NCBI GenBank assembly: GCA_045656225.1 | Contig: JAZOQU010000039.1 | Span: 523 to 64,522 of the forward strand | Direction: 5' to 3' | Source: Kiritimatiellia bacterium | Lineage (GTDB): Bacteria > Verrucomicrobiota > Kiritimatiellia > RFP12 > UBA1067 | Length of the DNA: 64,000 nucleotides | Part shown: positions 1 to 10,805 of the stretch, piece by piece | Layout: each line of letters starts with the position of its first letter | How positions within the stretch are numbered: the first letter of the stretch is position 1 | Position numbers and translations under genes: made by a program | The notes under the pieces: generated by a model | What the model saw: only the letters and a program-made list of their open reading frames with translations | Database searches by the model: none | What the model was told of the DNA's origin: nothing

Positions 1-7
1 GACGCTT

Positions 8-274
8 ATGCGCTATAAGGCTCTTGCGGTGAGGTTGAGACAGGTGACGGAGACTAAAGATCCAAAGCCGACGTCGAAGCTGCTTAAGAAGCCTTATCAT
101 GAGGCGGTTAAAACGATATTAGCGGAGGAGAAGCCGATTTTTTCGCATGTCTTTGCGGCGCTTGAGTATATGCTCGCGCCCGAGACGGTGATGCTCGATG
201 CGCCGAAGGTGCGGAAAGAGCAGCGGAAGGGGAATGAGCGGCGAAGTAAAGCGCGGCGGCGGGCGGAAACGTAA
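8..274 (+). CDS. hypothetical small basic protein (frame is open to the window edge, so it may be the 3' end of a longer gene)
   Basis: 88-aa ORF with a Lys/Arg-rich C-terminus and no recognisable family. There is no in-frame stop between position 1 and the ATG. Confidence 0.3.
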   Translation: MRYKALAVRLRQVTETKDPKPTSKLLKKPYHEAVKTILAEEKPIFSHVFAALEYMLAPETVMLDAPKVRKEQRKGNERRSKARRRAET

Positions 275-700
275 TCCTGAATTGAGAATTTTGAAGTTGT
301 GACGCGATGAGAAGTTTATCGCGGAGGGGTGGTGTTGCCTAAAAGGGCGGTTTGGATAATCGGAGTGGAATTTTATTGGGTGAGAACGGATTTTTTGAAG
401 TTGTGGCGGCTAATTTTGAAGTGGAGTTGGTGTAAGATTTCTGGGTTGAGAAGCTTGGAGTGATGTCTTGGCCGGGGGATAAGGTGTTTTTTTTATTTTT
501 TGGAATTGAGTGATGTGACGGATTTGAGAGGATTAAGAATTTTATGCGGAAAATTCTTGGGGAATGAAATTAAGGGAAAGTGCGATCCTATTCGCTACAC
601 CTTGTTACGTAAATAGCGAGGGGCTGTTCCCTTTAAGATTCTGTAGCATAAAATGAATAAAAGCAAGGGGGAAGGTGGGATATTCTAAACGGGCGGTAAG

Positions 701-729
701 TTGACACCGATGAAAAAAGTGGGTATAAT
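701..729 (+). promoter_or_regulatory. sigma70-type promoter candidate for the large secreted protein gene
   Basis: TTGACA (701-706), 17 nt spacer, TATAAT (724-729). This leaves a leader of about 160 nt before the ATG at 896. Confidence 0.55.
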
Positions 730-895
730 GGTAGCATAATGCGAGAGTAGTGATAGATATAGGTGGTTTTTTGTCCGTTAAGCGTGTACCGAGCATTAGT
801 TTAGGCGCAAGTAAGGCGGTCGAAGGCTACATAAAAATCAATCATTGCGAAGGCGTTAGACGGTTTAAACAACACTCACTTAAAAGGAGTAAATA

Positions 896-3800
896 ATGAA
901 AAATAAAATAAAAGGATTGCTGGCATTAGTTTTGTCAGTGTTAATCGGTCAGGTCTGGGCCGCGGGAGAGACACTTCAAGTAGCGTGGTCGGTGTCTTTT
1001 AATGGAAATAATACGACAGAAGGCTGGATTACAAGTTGGGGGGGCGAGGCTAACGATTCTTATGTTTCAACGCCTAATGGCCAAGGCTATTTAATTAAGA
1101 ATGGGTATCATCCATATTATGATTATAAACTTACAAAGCCTTCGTCAATTGCACTTTACGCCGACATTTCATCAGTAAGCGAATTTACAGGAAATGGTGC
1201 AGCCTTAATAGCCTTCGGTAAGCCAGGAAGTTCAGTAATAGATGAGAATTCTGGTAATTTGGTTCTTTCTAAGGTTGCGGATGGTACGGTCTCTGTTAGC
1301 CGCAATGGTACTCAGCTTGTTTCTATAGAGAATGCCGATTTGGCTGTTGCCGGTTCCTATCATCTTTTTGTGTTCGGTATTAACGAGGATGGTAAGGTGT
1401 TCCTTAGCGTTGATAACGAGAAGAAAGAGAGTGAGGGATCGACGACGTTGCCCGCAAGTGGGCTTCAAATCGGATCTATGTTTACGGCAATCGGATCGTA
1501 TGTTCGCGCATATAATATGGTAGTAGATGAGGTTCGTGGTTATGAGAAATATCTTTCAGATGCAGAGTTGGATAGTCTGAGAGAAGCATTCCCAGCCTAT
1601 TCTCCAGACCTTGTGATTGTAGATGCGAATAAGAACTATTCGGATTTACAGATTGCAGAGAGTTCAAATACTACAATTATTGTTAACGAGGGTTGTACTC
1701 TTACGATGAATGGAGAGGTTACTTGTAATTCCTTAGTGATTCAGGGTCTTGGTATTGTTGCACTTGACTCTGAAGTGGGTGATCCGTTTGAGAGTGTCGA
1801 TAGACTTGCATTCGACGGTGTTACTCTTCAGGGTGGGGCGACTGACTATATAGATGTCAGTAGTTTGATTTCACTCACATCTGGTAAGACGTTAAAGACA
1901 AAGGGCTTTTTGGATTTTACTAATCAAAATAATGCTATTGCTTCAGGTGCAACATTGGAAGTTGTTTCTGGAGTTACCAAATTCTATGCTGCAGAGCAGG
2001 GTATTAAGGGTGTATTGACGATTGATAGTGATGCAACATTTGTGAATACTCGTCCTGGTGATGCTCTGGCATACAACACGAGCGGCGTTGAGGTGAATGT
2101 TTATGGTACGCTTGATATGGGCTTTACGCGATGGACAATTTTCGCCAATAATAACACCATTAATGCTTACGCAGGTGCAACGATTACTGGTGTAGGTCAG
2201 TCTGGTTATGGTGCTCTTGACGTTTGGGAAAAGGCTGGCGCGAATAATGATTATGTCGCGTTTAATATTTACAAAAATGGCGAAAACGCTTCTGATGTGA
2301 CTGTTTTCGCTACTATTCGTTACCGTGAACAAGAAACCGTTTTCAATATCGCACAGGGGATGACGGTGAATCTCGCGGGAACTAACGCTAATATCAATAC
2401 GATTTATGGTGGTCTTAAAGTTAAGGGTAGCGGTGTTCTTAAGCTTAGTGACAAGAATGCGTATGCGGACACTTATGGTGCGGGTATTAAGATTGATTCT
2501 GGAGCAACGTTGATGGTGAATCATGTAGAGGCTCTTGGGGCACAAAATATAATCAATAATGGAACGCTTGAACTCGATGTAGGTAATGAGACCGTAACGT
2601 TCGATAAGGTAATTTCTGGTACCGGTGCTGTTAAGGTCAAGACTGGAACTTGGAAGTTGACAAAAACGAATTATGTTGGCAATAATGTGTTGATTGAATC
2701 TGGAGCAATATTGGATGTTTCCAGTGATGAGGCTCGCCTATTTACTACAAATAACTATCTTTCAGCTGCTGTTTTGACAGTTAACGGAACACTTATAACA
2801 CGTGAGTGGAACTATGGTGAATCATTGGGTAATTTGCGTCATAATGATGGTGCTGTTGTAATAAATGGCGGCAAAGTTATTTTTGTGCAAAATTCATCTA
2901 GTGAGCGTTATCCTCGAATAGGTGTTGAAGGAGCGACTTTTGAAATCGCAGAGGGGGCAGTTTATACCGCTCAACGAGGTATTACAGGCAGTGGGAATCT
3001 CAATGTAGCCTCTGGAATATTAAAGTTACAGGGAACTTCTACTATCTCAGGTTCAATGACTATTGCTGAAGAAGCGAAGGTCATTGTCGATTCTGGCGAG
3101 AGCTCGGCTTTTGCAGAAAATCTCGAGGAGTCTGCAGGGGTTAATGTTAATGGTACAATTGAATTCCTTTCCTCGGGGATGTTGTATCGTAGCTTTGCAG
3201 GTAATGGTGTCGTTGCTGTTAAAGGTGATGTAGCTATTAACAATACTGGCAATAGTGGAAAGCTTACTGGTCTTTCTCGGTTTAAAGGCAGCGTTATTGT
3301 AGATGAAGGAAAGACCTTGACGTTGACATTCTGGAATAACGGTTACAATATTGAGCTTTCAGAGCTTGAGGTAAATGGTTCGGTAACTGGGAATAGAGGT
3401 AATGGTTATGCTACTACATTGAATCTTACCACATCTAAGTTGTCTGGTTCAGGTACGATTTCAGGAGTCGATACATTTACCCTCGTTGATGGTGCGACGC
3501 TCGCTGGCGCTGTTACGGTGACTAGCGATGTGACGGTTGAAGGTGCTGTAAATGTTACTCACGCTACAGCTGCTGGCGAAACGGTCATCACCTGCGCGAA
3601 TGCTGAAGCTGTTGCCTCTGCTTTGACGGGCGCTCCTCAGGGTCTTAAGTATGTCGCTGAAAACGGCGCGGTTAAGCTCGCTGTGGCGACAGTCAATGTG
3701 ACGATTCCTGCGGCGCCTGCGAATACCAAGTGGTATGATGCAGATGGCAATGTGGTCGAAGCTGGCACCATCGCTGTTAATCCTAACGCTGACGTGACAC

Positions 3801-5713
3801 TCACTCTTAAGGCTAATGAGGGTTATGTCTTTGCTGACGGCACGACCTCTACGACTGTGACTGTCAACGCTGGTGAAACTGGTACTGCTGTTACAACGCC
3901 TGATGTAACCGCGGCAACTCCTGTTGCTGAAGCAAACGACAAGCAGTATCAGACACTTCAGGCTGCTGTTGATGCTGCAAATGCTGGTGCTACTGTTACC
4001 GTAATCGCTGATATTGTTACGGATGGCCCGATTACCGTTAACAAGAAGGTGACGGTTAACCTTGGCGGGAAGACAATTGCTGCTACCAATGATACAGAAG
4101 GTAACGGTGTGTTCTATGTTGTCGCTGGCGGCGACCTTACCCTCGAAGGCGAAGGTACGGTTAATGCGCGCGGGCCGAATGACTATTGTATGGCTATCTG
4201 GGCTAAAGATGGTGGTAAGGTTACTATCAATGGCGGTACTTATACGAACGTAGGTGCTACGTCCGAAGAAGACGGCGCCCACTTCGACCTTATTTATGTT
4301 AGGAATGGTGGCTCTGTCGAAATCAACGGCGGTACGTTCATTTGCGAGACGCCTCGCTGGACATTGAACAGCCGCAATGATGAACCCGGCACTTTTGTTG
4401 TCAAGGGTGGTACGTTCAAGGACTTCAATCCTGCCGCTGTTAATACAGACGATAATGTAACAACATGGTGCGCTGAAGGGTATGTCGCTACTCAGGGCCA
4501 AGATGGCTACTGGACTGTAGCTCTAATTCCTGTCTCGAACAATGTCGCTAAGATCGGCGAGACGGAGTATGAGACGCTTCAGGATGCTCTTGATTCCGAT
4601 GAGGCTAAAACAGAGGGTGTTGAGGTTGTACTTCTTAAGGATACGACGGAGGATATCTCAATTTCTGCCGGCTTTAATGGTACGATTAACCTCGGCGAAA
4701 AGACACTGACGGGTCACATTTTGGCTTCCGGTACTAGCGCTCAGAGAATTGAAGTAGCTCTTACAAATGGTATAATGAAAGCTGAAGGTGATGTTGATGC
4801 AATAAAGGCTACATATTGCGATATTACCTTGTCGGATTTGAACTTTAGTACTCAACGTCACGGATTGCGTTTAAATGACAATGCAACGGCTATTATCAAT
4901 AGCGGTACATATGTCATTTCTAATAATTATGGATCGCATCTTTTATATCTTAGTGGTGCAAATACAGAGTTAACCATTTATGATGGTGTATTTAGTAGGA
5001 TAAAAGTTACTACAAGGGAGTCGTATGGCGTTAATGTTCAAAAAACAACTTCTAAAGTTAATATTTATGGCGGCGAATTCTCTGGATTCTCTTATATCTT
5101 TGACTTATCGAAGGTAGGTGTTTTCAACGTGTATGGTGGAACATATTTAGGAACTAGTTTAGCTAATACAAATAAGCCGACAATTATGGGCGGCGTGTAT
5201 GAAGCGAATCCTTCTAATTATCTCGCCTCTGGTTACACAATTGATACCGCTGCCAAGCCTGGCTTCTACACTGTCGTCGAGAAGCCTGCGATTGTGCCGA
5301 GTGGTTCGATTGAGGTTTCGGCTACTGATGCGGCTGCGGCTGCGGCTAAGGTTGAAATCCTTATTCCGGAGGGTGTAACCGACGTTGATGCTGCGACATA
5401 CGCAACATACTTCACTAAGACGGCTAAATATGATGAGTCGACTGGAAAGTATACGGTAACTGCCGCGCTCAATCCAGAGGTTGTCACGCCTAAGATTACG
5501 GCTATCAGCTTCGATGGTGATAAGGTAACGGTCTCGCTCGAGAATGGACTCAATGGTCTTTACTATGCGGTTCGCTCGGCAGCGACTGTCGATAAGGTTG
5601 ATACGGACGAAGCTACGGTAACGACAGGGCTTAACGCTCCTGCGACCGGTGATGCGGCGTTCTATCGCGTTCTCGTTGATTTCGCTCCGATTCCGACGAC
5701 GCCCGCTGAATAA
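896..5713 (+). CDS. large secreted beta-helix / autotransporter-repeat adhesin-like protein
   Basis: 1605-aa ORF with AAGGAG upstream. Signal peptide MKNKIKGLLALVLSVLIGQVWA|AGE. LamG/ConA-like-looking N-domain. Repeated Gly-rich beta-strand repeats (ISGTGAVKVKTGTWKLTK, ITGSGNLNVASGILKLQG). Parallel beta-helix-like segments (VTVIADIVTDGPITVNKKVTVNLGGKTI). No beta-barrel or PEP-CTERM anchor was seen. Confidence 0.75.
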   Translation: MKNKIKGLLALVLSVLIGQVWAAGETLQVAWSVSFNGNNTTEGWITSWGGEANDSYVSTPNGQGYLIKNGYHPYYDYKLTKPSSIALYADISSVSEFTGNGAALIAFGKPGSSVIDENSGNLVLSKVADGTVSVSRNGTQLVSIENADLAVAGSYHLFVFGINEDGKVFLSVDNEKKESEGSTTLPASGLQIGSMFTAIGSYVRAYNMVVDEVRGYEKYLSDAELDSLREAFPAYSPDLVIVDANKNYSDLQIAESSNTTIIVNEGCTLTMNGEVTCNSLVIQGLGIVALDSEVGDPFESVDRLAFDGVTLQGGATDYIDVSSLISLTSGKTLKTKGFLDFTNQNNAIASGATLEVVSGVTKFYAAEQGIKGVLTIDSDATFVNTRPGDALAYNTSGVEVNVYGTLDMGFTRWTIFANNNTINAYAGATITGVGQSGYGALDVWEKAGANNDYVAFNIYKNGENASDVTVFATIRYREQETVFNIAQGMTVNLAGTNANINTIYGGLKVKGSGVLKLSDKNAYADTYGAGIKIDSGATLMVNHVEALGAQNIINNGTLELDVGNETVTFDKVISGTGAVKVKTGTWKLTKTNYVGNNVLIESGAILDVSSDEARLFTTNNYLSAAVLTVNGTLITREWNYGESLGNLRHNDGAVVINGGKVIFVQNSSSERYPRIGVEGATFEIAEGAVYTAQRGITGSGNLNVASGILKLQGTSTISGSMTIAEEAKVIVDSGESSAFAENLEESAGVNVNGTIEFLSSGMLYRSFAGNGVVAVKGDVAINNTGNSGKLTGLSRFKGSVIVDEGKTLTLTFWNNGYNIELSELEVNGSVTGNRGNGYATTLNLTTSKLSGSGTISGVDTFTLVDGATLAGAVTVTSDVTVEGAVNVTHATAAGETVITCANAEAVASALTGAPQGLKYVAENGAVKLAVATVNVTIPAAPANTKWYDADGNVVEAGTIAVNPNADVTLTLKANEGYVFADGTTSTTVTVNAGETGTAVTTPDVTAATPVAEANDKQYQTLQAAVDAANAGATVTVIADIVTDGPITVNKKVTVNLGGKTIAATNDTEGNGVFYVVAGGDLTLEGEGTVNARGPNDYCMAIWAKDGGKVTINGGTYTNVGATSEEDGAHFDLIYVRNGGSVEINGGTFICETPRWTLNSRNDEPGTFVVKGGTFKDFNPAAVNTDDNVTTWCAEGYVATQGQDGYWTVALIPVSNNVAKIGETEYETLQDALDSDEAKTEGVEVVLLKDTTEDISISAGFNGTINLGEKTLTGHILASGTSAQRIEVALTNGIMKAEGDVDAIKATYCDITLSDLNFSTQRHGLRLNDNATAIINSGTYVISNNYGSHLLYLSGANTELTIYDGVFSRIKVTTRESYGVNVQKTTSKVNIYGGEFSGFSYIFDLSKVGVFNVYGGTYLGTSLANTNKPTIMGGVYEANPSNYLASGYTIDTAAKPGFYTVVEKPAIVPSGSIEVSATDAAAAAAKVEILIPEGVTDVDAATYATYFTKTAKYDESTGKYTVTAALNPEVVTPKITAISFDGDKVTVSLENGLNGLYYAVRSAATVDKVDTDEATVTTGLNAPATGDAAFYRVLVDFAPIPTTPAE

Positions 5714-5738
5714 TCGCTGAAGAGCGGTTAGCTAAACG

Positions 5739-5769
5739 AAGCCCGGGGGAAGCCTCGGGCTTTGTTTTT
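5739..5769 (+). terminator. rho-independent terminator candidate
   Basis: Stem AAGCCCG...CGGGCTT followed by TGTTTTT, immediately after the stop codon at 5713. Confidence 0.55.
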
Positions 5770-6000
5770 AGATATGCCTTCGGCATTTCGGGAAAGGGGG
5801 CTGGGGTGAAATCCCAGATAAAAACAAAGTAAATAAGTAGGAATAATATAGCGGATATATTGTGCGAAGCGCTAAGCCGGAGCGTTAGCGGAGGCATTTT
5901 GAACAACCGTCGGAGTTTATAAAAAGGTAAGTATATAGTTGTTTTTTGCGAGTCGGGGTTAGAAGTTATGGTTCGGGATATCCCAGAAGCAAATACCCCC

Positions 6001-6030
6001 TTGCCAAAAGGGGGTAAGAAGTGGTATACT
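6001..6030 (+). promoter_or_regulatory. sigma70-type promoter candidate for rpsL-rpsG
   Basis: TTGCCA (6001-6006), 18 nt spacer, TATACT (6025-6030), about 35 nt upstream of the rpsL ATG. Confidence 0.5.
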
Positions 6031-6065
6031 ATATGTTCAGTTTGGAAAAGTAAGGAAAAAAACTA

Positions 6066-6449
6066 ATGCCAACAATCAATCAGCTCATCCGCAAGGGACG
6101 TCAGCCCCTCGCCAAGCATTCGAAATCGCCTGCGCTCAAGGCTTGCCCTCAGCGCCGTGGCGTATGTCTCGTCGTCAAGACGATGACCCCTAAGAAGCCT
6201 AACTCCGCGTTGCGTAAGGTTGCCCGTGTGCGTCTTACGACCGGTTACGAAGTCACCGCCTATATTCCCGGTGAAGGCCACAACCTTCAGGAACACTCCG
6301 TCGTTCTCGTTCGCGGCGGCCGTGTAAAGGACCTTCCTGGTGTGCGTTACCACATCGTTCGTGGTAAGCTCGACTCCCTCGGTGTAAACGGTCGTAACCG
6401 CAGCCGTTCCAAGTACGGTATGAAGCGCCAGAAGAAGGAGGCAAAGTAA
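6066..6449 (+). CDS. rpsL: 30S ribosomal protein S12
   Basis: [12 protein letters not shown]...[17 protein letters not shown]... is unmistakable S12 sequence. Confidence 0.97.
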   Translation: MPTINQLIRKGRQPLAKHSKSPALKACPQRRGVCLVVKTMTPKKPNSALRKVARVRLTTGYEVTAYIPGEGHNLQEHSVVLVRGGRVKDLPGVRYHIVRGKLDSLGVNGRNRSRSKYGMKRQKKEAK

Positions 6450-6452
6450 GCC

Positions 6453-6977
6453 ATGTCCAGAAGAGCTAGAAAAATCGTCAAGCGCGTTTCGCTCGACCCG
6501 AAGTTCAACTCTGAGCTCGTCGCTCACATGATCCGCGTGATCATGAAGGATGGTAAGAAGACCGCAGCCGAGAAGATCGTTTACGGCGCCATCGAGAAGA
6601 TCAAGGAAGCTGTCGAGAAGGATGCCGCCAAGTTCACCAAGGACGATAAGGCTTTCATCGAGCCCCTCGAGATTCTTTCCGCCGCGATCGACAACATGAA
6701 GCCCCAGGTCGAGGTCAAGACCCGCCGCGTCGGCGGTACGACCTACCCGGTTCCTGTACCGATCGCTCCCAATCGTCAGCTCTCGCTCGCGCTTCGCTGG
6801 ACGACTCAGTATGCGTCCGCGCGCCACGGTATGGGCATGCCCGCCGCCGTTGCCGCCGAAGTTATCGATGCGTTCCTCGGTCAGGGCAGCGTCATCAAGA
6901 AGCGTGACGACGTCCACAAGATGGCCCAGGCCAACAAGGCGTTCGCCCACTACGCGTGGGGCAACAACGCCGGCTGA
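6453..6977 (+). CDS. rpsG: 30S ribosomal protein S7
   Basis: MSRRARKIVKR..DPKF.S.LV...I..IMKDGKK..AEKIVYGA is typical S7. It follows rpsL with a 3-nt gap. Confidence 0.96.
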   Translation: MSRRARKIVKRVSLDPKFNSELVAHMIRVIMKDGKKTAAEKIVYGAIEKIKEAVEKDAAKFTKDDKAFIEPLEILSAAIDNMKPQVEVKTRRVGGTTYPVPVPIAPNRQLSLALRWTTQYASARHGMGMPAAVAAEVIDAFLGQGSVIKKRDDVHKMAQANKAFAHYAWGNNAG

Positions 6978-7089
6978 GATTGACGACTTTTCCAAACGAA
7001 AAAAGAGCCGCGGTCCTGACGACTGCGGTTCTTTTCGTTTTATGGTTATGATATAATATCGGTCAGGTAATTTCAAAGGAGTCAGGACA

Positions 7090-9093
7090 ATGAAACTGTT
7101 TAGAAGATTATCCGCCGGATTTCTCGCCGCCGTCGCAGCCGCAGGTGCAAACGCTGCGCCGAAACTCGATTTCCTGTTCAAGGACGCGATGGTTCTCTCC
7201 GCGGCGCACGATACGGCGCTTACGGGAACTGCCAAATCGGGTGATGATGTGGTTGTGAAGGTTCGAGATTTGGAGCTTAAAGCGAAAGCTGACAAGGACG
7301 GGCGCTTTAAAGTTGCAATTCCGGCCCTAGGGGTTGTGCGTGAGCCGTTTGCGATCACAGTATCGGATTCAACGGGAGAAGTTTCTGTTGAAGATTGTTT
7401 GGCCGGCCTTTTGATTCTCGCCGGAGGCCAGAGCAATATGGAGGTTCCCGTAAAGGAGGCTCTCAATCCCGAAGAAGAGGCGGCTGCCGCGAATTATCCT
7501 GCAATCCGTGAGTTTAAGGTTGTGCATGATTTCAACTTTGTCCCTCAGACGACATTGAAAGGCGAGTGGACAAAAGTCGTCCCTGCGACGGCGTCCAAAA
7601 TCGGAGCCGTCGGATATTATGCCGCACGGATCCTTCACAAGGAGCTCGGCGGCATCCCGGTCGGATTGATAAACAACTCCGTTTCGGCGTCCCCGATTCA
7701 GTCATGGCTTCCCGAAGAATATTTAAGAAGCGACAAGAGGTTTGCGAAGTATTATGTGAAGCGTTTTGAAGATTACCGCGCGCTCGGGCGCGAGGGGGTT
7801 CTTCGCAGACGTGCCGAGCTTGGAGACACTCTCTTTCAGTCCGATACCGGCAACGAGGGGCTTAAGAAAGGCTGGAACAACGGTCCCCAGGATGATTGGA
7901 AGGACATCATTATCCCCAATCCCCTTGAAAGACTGTGGGGTGAAGCTTCTGACGGATCATATTGGTTTGCGCGCGAAATTGATATTCCCGCTTCATTTGC
8001 CGGAAAGCCCCTCGAGTTCAAGGCGACCGCGCTCGACGATCATGACATAACATATTTCAACGGTGTCGAAATCGGGCGGACGGGAGAAGAGACTCCCGAG
8101 CCGTACAATACGCCGCGTGCATACAAGATTCCCGCGAATCTCGTCAAGGCAGGCAAGAACGTCATCTCAATCCGTATTTTCGATTCTGCGCATGCCGGCG
8201 GAATATTCTGCGAAAAAGTCTTTCTTTTAGCGGAAGATGGCGGTGAGATTGACTTAAAGGGTCCGTGGAAGGCCGTCGCCGAGAATATCATGCCCGCGAA
8301 GAAGTGGCATCCCGATTATCTGCCGCTCGTTAAAATCAACCGTAACGGCGCAACGCTCTACAACGCCATGTTCGCGCCTTTGAAGGGTGTCAAGGTTGAT
8401 GCGATATTGTGGTATCAGGGCGAGTCGAATGCCGGCGATTCGCTTTATGCCGAAGTGTTTAAGACGCTTATTGCAACGTGGAGGACCCATCTCGACAGCC
8501 CGTCTGCTCCGTTTGTTTTCGTTCAGCTCGCCTCATACCGCGCGAGACCGAAGAATGCCGCGGACTCCGGATCGTGGCCGATGACGCGCGCCGCGCAGAC
8601 CGAGGCGCTTCAGCTTAAGAACGTGAGAATGGTTCCCGCCATCGATATCGGCGATGAATTCAGAATCCATCCGCTCAACAAGCAGGAGGTCGGCCGCCGC
8701 ACGGCGCTCTGGCTTTTGCAGGATTTCTTCGCTCCCGAAAAGTTCAAGAATTCTATTGCATTGCCGACGGCGGTTTCGGCGAGAATGGCGGAAGACGGGA
8801 AGATTGCCGTTAAACTCAAGAACGCCGAAGGTCTTAAGACGATCGACGCCAAGGCGCCCCGCACATTCGCCGTCACAGGTCCCGTAATCAAGAAAAGGAA
8901 ACAGAAAACTCCCGTCGAGTGGGCCGAAGCCGAGATAAAGAACGGCGAGATAATCGTTTCTGTTCCAAAGGGGATATCTTCGCCCGCTACAGTCCGTTAC
9001 GCCTGGCATATGAATCCCGACGTCAATGTGGTCGACGGGAAGAATTTTCCGCTCATACCGTTCGAACTCAAGATTGAGTCTAAAGAGCCTTGA
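7090..9093 (+). CDS. sialate O-acetylesterase family protein (SASA/DUF303), secreted
   Basis: Signal peptide present. Family hallmarks LILAGGQSNM and ILWYQGESN. A galactose-binding-like domain is inserted between them. Confidence 0.8.
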   Translation: MKLFRRLSAGFLAAVAAAGANAAPKLDFLFKDAMVLSAAHDTALTGTAKSGDDVVVKVRDLELKAKADKDGRFKVAIPALGVVREPFAITVSDSTGEVSVEDCLAGLLILAGGQSNMEVPVKEALNPEEEAAAANYPAIREFKVVHDFNFVPQTTLKGEWTKVVPATASKIGAVGYYAARILHKELGGIPVGLINNSVSASPIQSWLPEEYLRSDKRFAKYYVKRFEDYRALGREGVLRRRAELGDTLFQSDTGNEGLKKGWNNGPQDDWKDIIIPNPLERLWGEASDGSYWFAREIDIPASFAGKPLEFKATALDDHDITYFNGVEIGRTGEETPEPYNTPRAYKIPANLVKAGKNVISIRIFDSAHAGGIFCEKVFLLAEDGGEIDLKGPWKAVAENIMPAKKWHPDYLPLVKINRNGATLYNAMFAPLKGVKVDAILWYQGESNAGDSLYAEVFKTLIATWRTHLDSPSAPFVFVQLASYRARPKNAADSGSWPMTRAAQTEALQLKNVRMVPAIDIGDEFRIHPLNKQEVGRRTALWLLQDFFAPEKFKNSIALPTAVSARMAEDGKIAVKLKNAEGLKTIDAKAPRTFAVTGPVIKKRKQKTPVEWAEAEIKNGEIIVSVPKGISSPATVRYAWHMNPDVNVVDGKNFPLIPFELKIESKEP

Positions 9094-9135
9094 GCCGGAA
9101 TATGGAGAATCGGAATTTTGTTATAATATCACATT

Positions 9136-9966
9136 ATGAAGATAGGATGTCATCTTTCCTCGAGCGGCGGTTATATGGCCATGGGCCAGACGGCCGTATC
9201 GATAGGAGCTAACGTTTTTCAGTTCTTTACGCGCAATCCGCGCGGCGGTGCGGCCAAGCCCATCGACAAGGCCGATGTCGCGGCGTTCAACGAATACGCC
9301 GCGGCTAACGGAATCGGTCCGATTCTCGCCCACGCCCCGTACACGCTCAACGCGGCGGGCGCCGAGGAACGCGTCAGGGAATTCGCCGAAATGACGATGG
9401 CCGACGATCTGAAGCGCCTTGAGTTGACGCCCGGAGCTCTTTATAATTTTCATCCCGGCTCTCATGTCGGTCAGGGCGCGGAGAAGGGGATCGAACTTAT
9501 CGCCGGAATGTTGAAGCGCATTTTCAACAACTTCGGCTCTGCTCCGTCGACTACGGTTCTTCTTGAAACGATGGCGGGAAAAGGCTCCGAGATCGGCCGG
9601 AATTTCGAGGAGCTTCGCGCCATTATGGATTTAAGCGGCCTTGATCTCGGCGTGTGTCTCGACACGTGTCACGTCTGGGACGGCGGCTACGATATTGTAG
9701 GGAATCTCGATGGCGTATTAGACGAGTTCGATCGCATCATCGGTCTTGATAAACTCAAGGCGATCCATCTTAACGACACGATGAACGCTTTCGCCGCGCA
9801 TAAGGACCGTCATGAAAAAATCGGCAAGGGCAAGATCGGTTTAGAGGCGTTCGAGCGGATCGTGAATCATCCTAAACTCAGGAATCTTCCGTTTTATCTT
9901 GAAACGCCCTGCGATCTTCAGGGATATAAAGAGGAGATTGCGCTTTTGAAAGGATTGCAGAAATGA
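9136..9966 (+). CDS. nfo: deoxyribonuclease IV (endonuclease IV)
   Basis: 276 aa. MKIGCH.S..GG......[15 protein letters not shown] and the HLNDT/HxxIG motifs of the AP endonuclease 2 TIM barrel. Confidence 0.88.
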   Translation: MKIGCHLSSSGGYMAMGQTAVSIGANVFQFFTRNPRGGAAKPIDKADVAAFNEYAAANGIGPILAHAPYTLNAAGAEERVREFAEMTMADDLKRLELTPGALYNFHPGSHVGQGAEKGIELIAGMLKRIFNNFGSAPSTTVLLETMAGKGSEIGRNFEELRAIMDLSGLDLGVCLDTCHVWDGGYDIVGNLDGVLDEFDRIIGLDKLKAIHLNDTMNAFAAHKDRHEKIGKGKIGLEAFERIVNHPKLRNLPFYLETPCDLQGYKEEIALLKGLQK

Positions 9967-10787
9967 AAATTTTCAGGCAGCCCGGTAAACTTCAGAAGTG
10001 GGCGCGCCAGCGCTCGAAGGCCGGAGCGAAAATCGCCCTCGTGCCGACGATGGGGTATCTGCACGACGGCCATTTAAGTCTGATAGCCGAGGCTAAAAAA
10101 CGCAAGGCCGATGAGATCATCGTCAGCGTTTTTGTAAATCCGGTCCAGTTCGGGCCGAACGAGGATTTTGAAAAATATCCGCGCGACGAGAAGGCCGATC
10201 TCGCGAAGTGCCGTGCGGCGGGCGCTACGGCGGTATTTTTTCCGACGCCGGAGAACATGTATCTTAAGGATCACAGCGTCTACATCGACGAGGAACTTCT
10301 CTCGAAGGGGCTCTGCGGCGCGCGCCGCCCCGGCCACTTCCGCGGAGTCTGTACTGTCGTCGCCAAACTTTTCAATCTCGCTCATCCCGATTTCGCGGTT
10401 TTCGGCAAGAAGGATTACCAGCAGGCCCAGGTGATAAAGCGGATGGTGCGCGATCTTAATTTCGATCTCGATATCGTCGTAGCTCCCATTGTGCGTGAGA
10501 AGTCCGGGCTTGCGATGTCGTCGCGGAATACGTATCTCTCGGACGATGAGCGCGAGCGCGCGCTCGCGTTGTCCCGCCTTCTCAGGAGCGTCGAGCCCGG
10601 CAGGAGCGTCAAAACCGAAAAGGCCAGGATTTCCAAGGCTCTCGAGAAAGAAGGTCTCAAGGTCGACTATGTCGAATTCGTCGATGGAGAGACGCTCGCC
10701 GACGTTAAGAAGACAGCTAAAGGCGTATGCGTTCTTCTGGCCGTTTTCAACGGGAAGACGAGGCTTATAGACAACCGCGTACTTTAA
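9963..10787 (+). CDS. panC: pantoate--beta-alanine ligase
   Basis: [16 protein letters not shown] and [16 protein letters not shown] motifs. 4-nt overlap with nfo. Confidence 0.93.
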   Translation: MKIFRQPGKLQKWARQRSKAGAKIALVPTMGYLHDGHLSLIAEAKKRKADEIIVSVFVNPVQFGPNEDFEKYPRDEKADLAKCRAAGATAVFFPTPENMYLKDHSVYIDEELLSKGLCGARRPGHFRGVCTVVAKLFNLAHPDFAVFGKKDYQQAQVIKRMVRDLNFDLDIVVAPIVREKSGLAMSSRNTYLSDDERERALALSRLLRSVEPGRSVKTEKARISKALEKEGLKVDYVEFVDGETLADVKKTAKGVCVLLAVFNGKTRLIDNRVL

Positions 10788-10805
10788 AAGAAGGAGATAG
10801 CTCTT

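Noticed and set aside
6978-7089. Truncated str operon (rpsL-rpsG not followed by fusA-tuf) as a rearrangement signal.
   Set aside because: Gene order downstream of rpsG varies among phyla. The junction shows no repeats or mobile-element scars, so I treat it as normal for this lineage.
6063-7466. 467-aa ORF on the minus strand, antisense to rpsL, rpsG and the esterase gene start.
   Set aside because: It is a shadow ORF opposite unmistakable ribosomal protein genes. The translation is low-complexity and Arg/Ala/Ser/Gly-rich with no family resemblance. The same reasoning applies to the long antisense ORFs 10074..11048, 13140..14735, 21524..22522, 23089..24135, 50399..51694, 55518..56975, 58978..59844 and 60241..61755.
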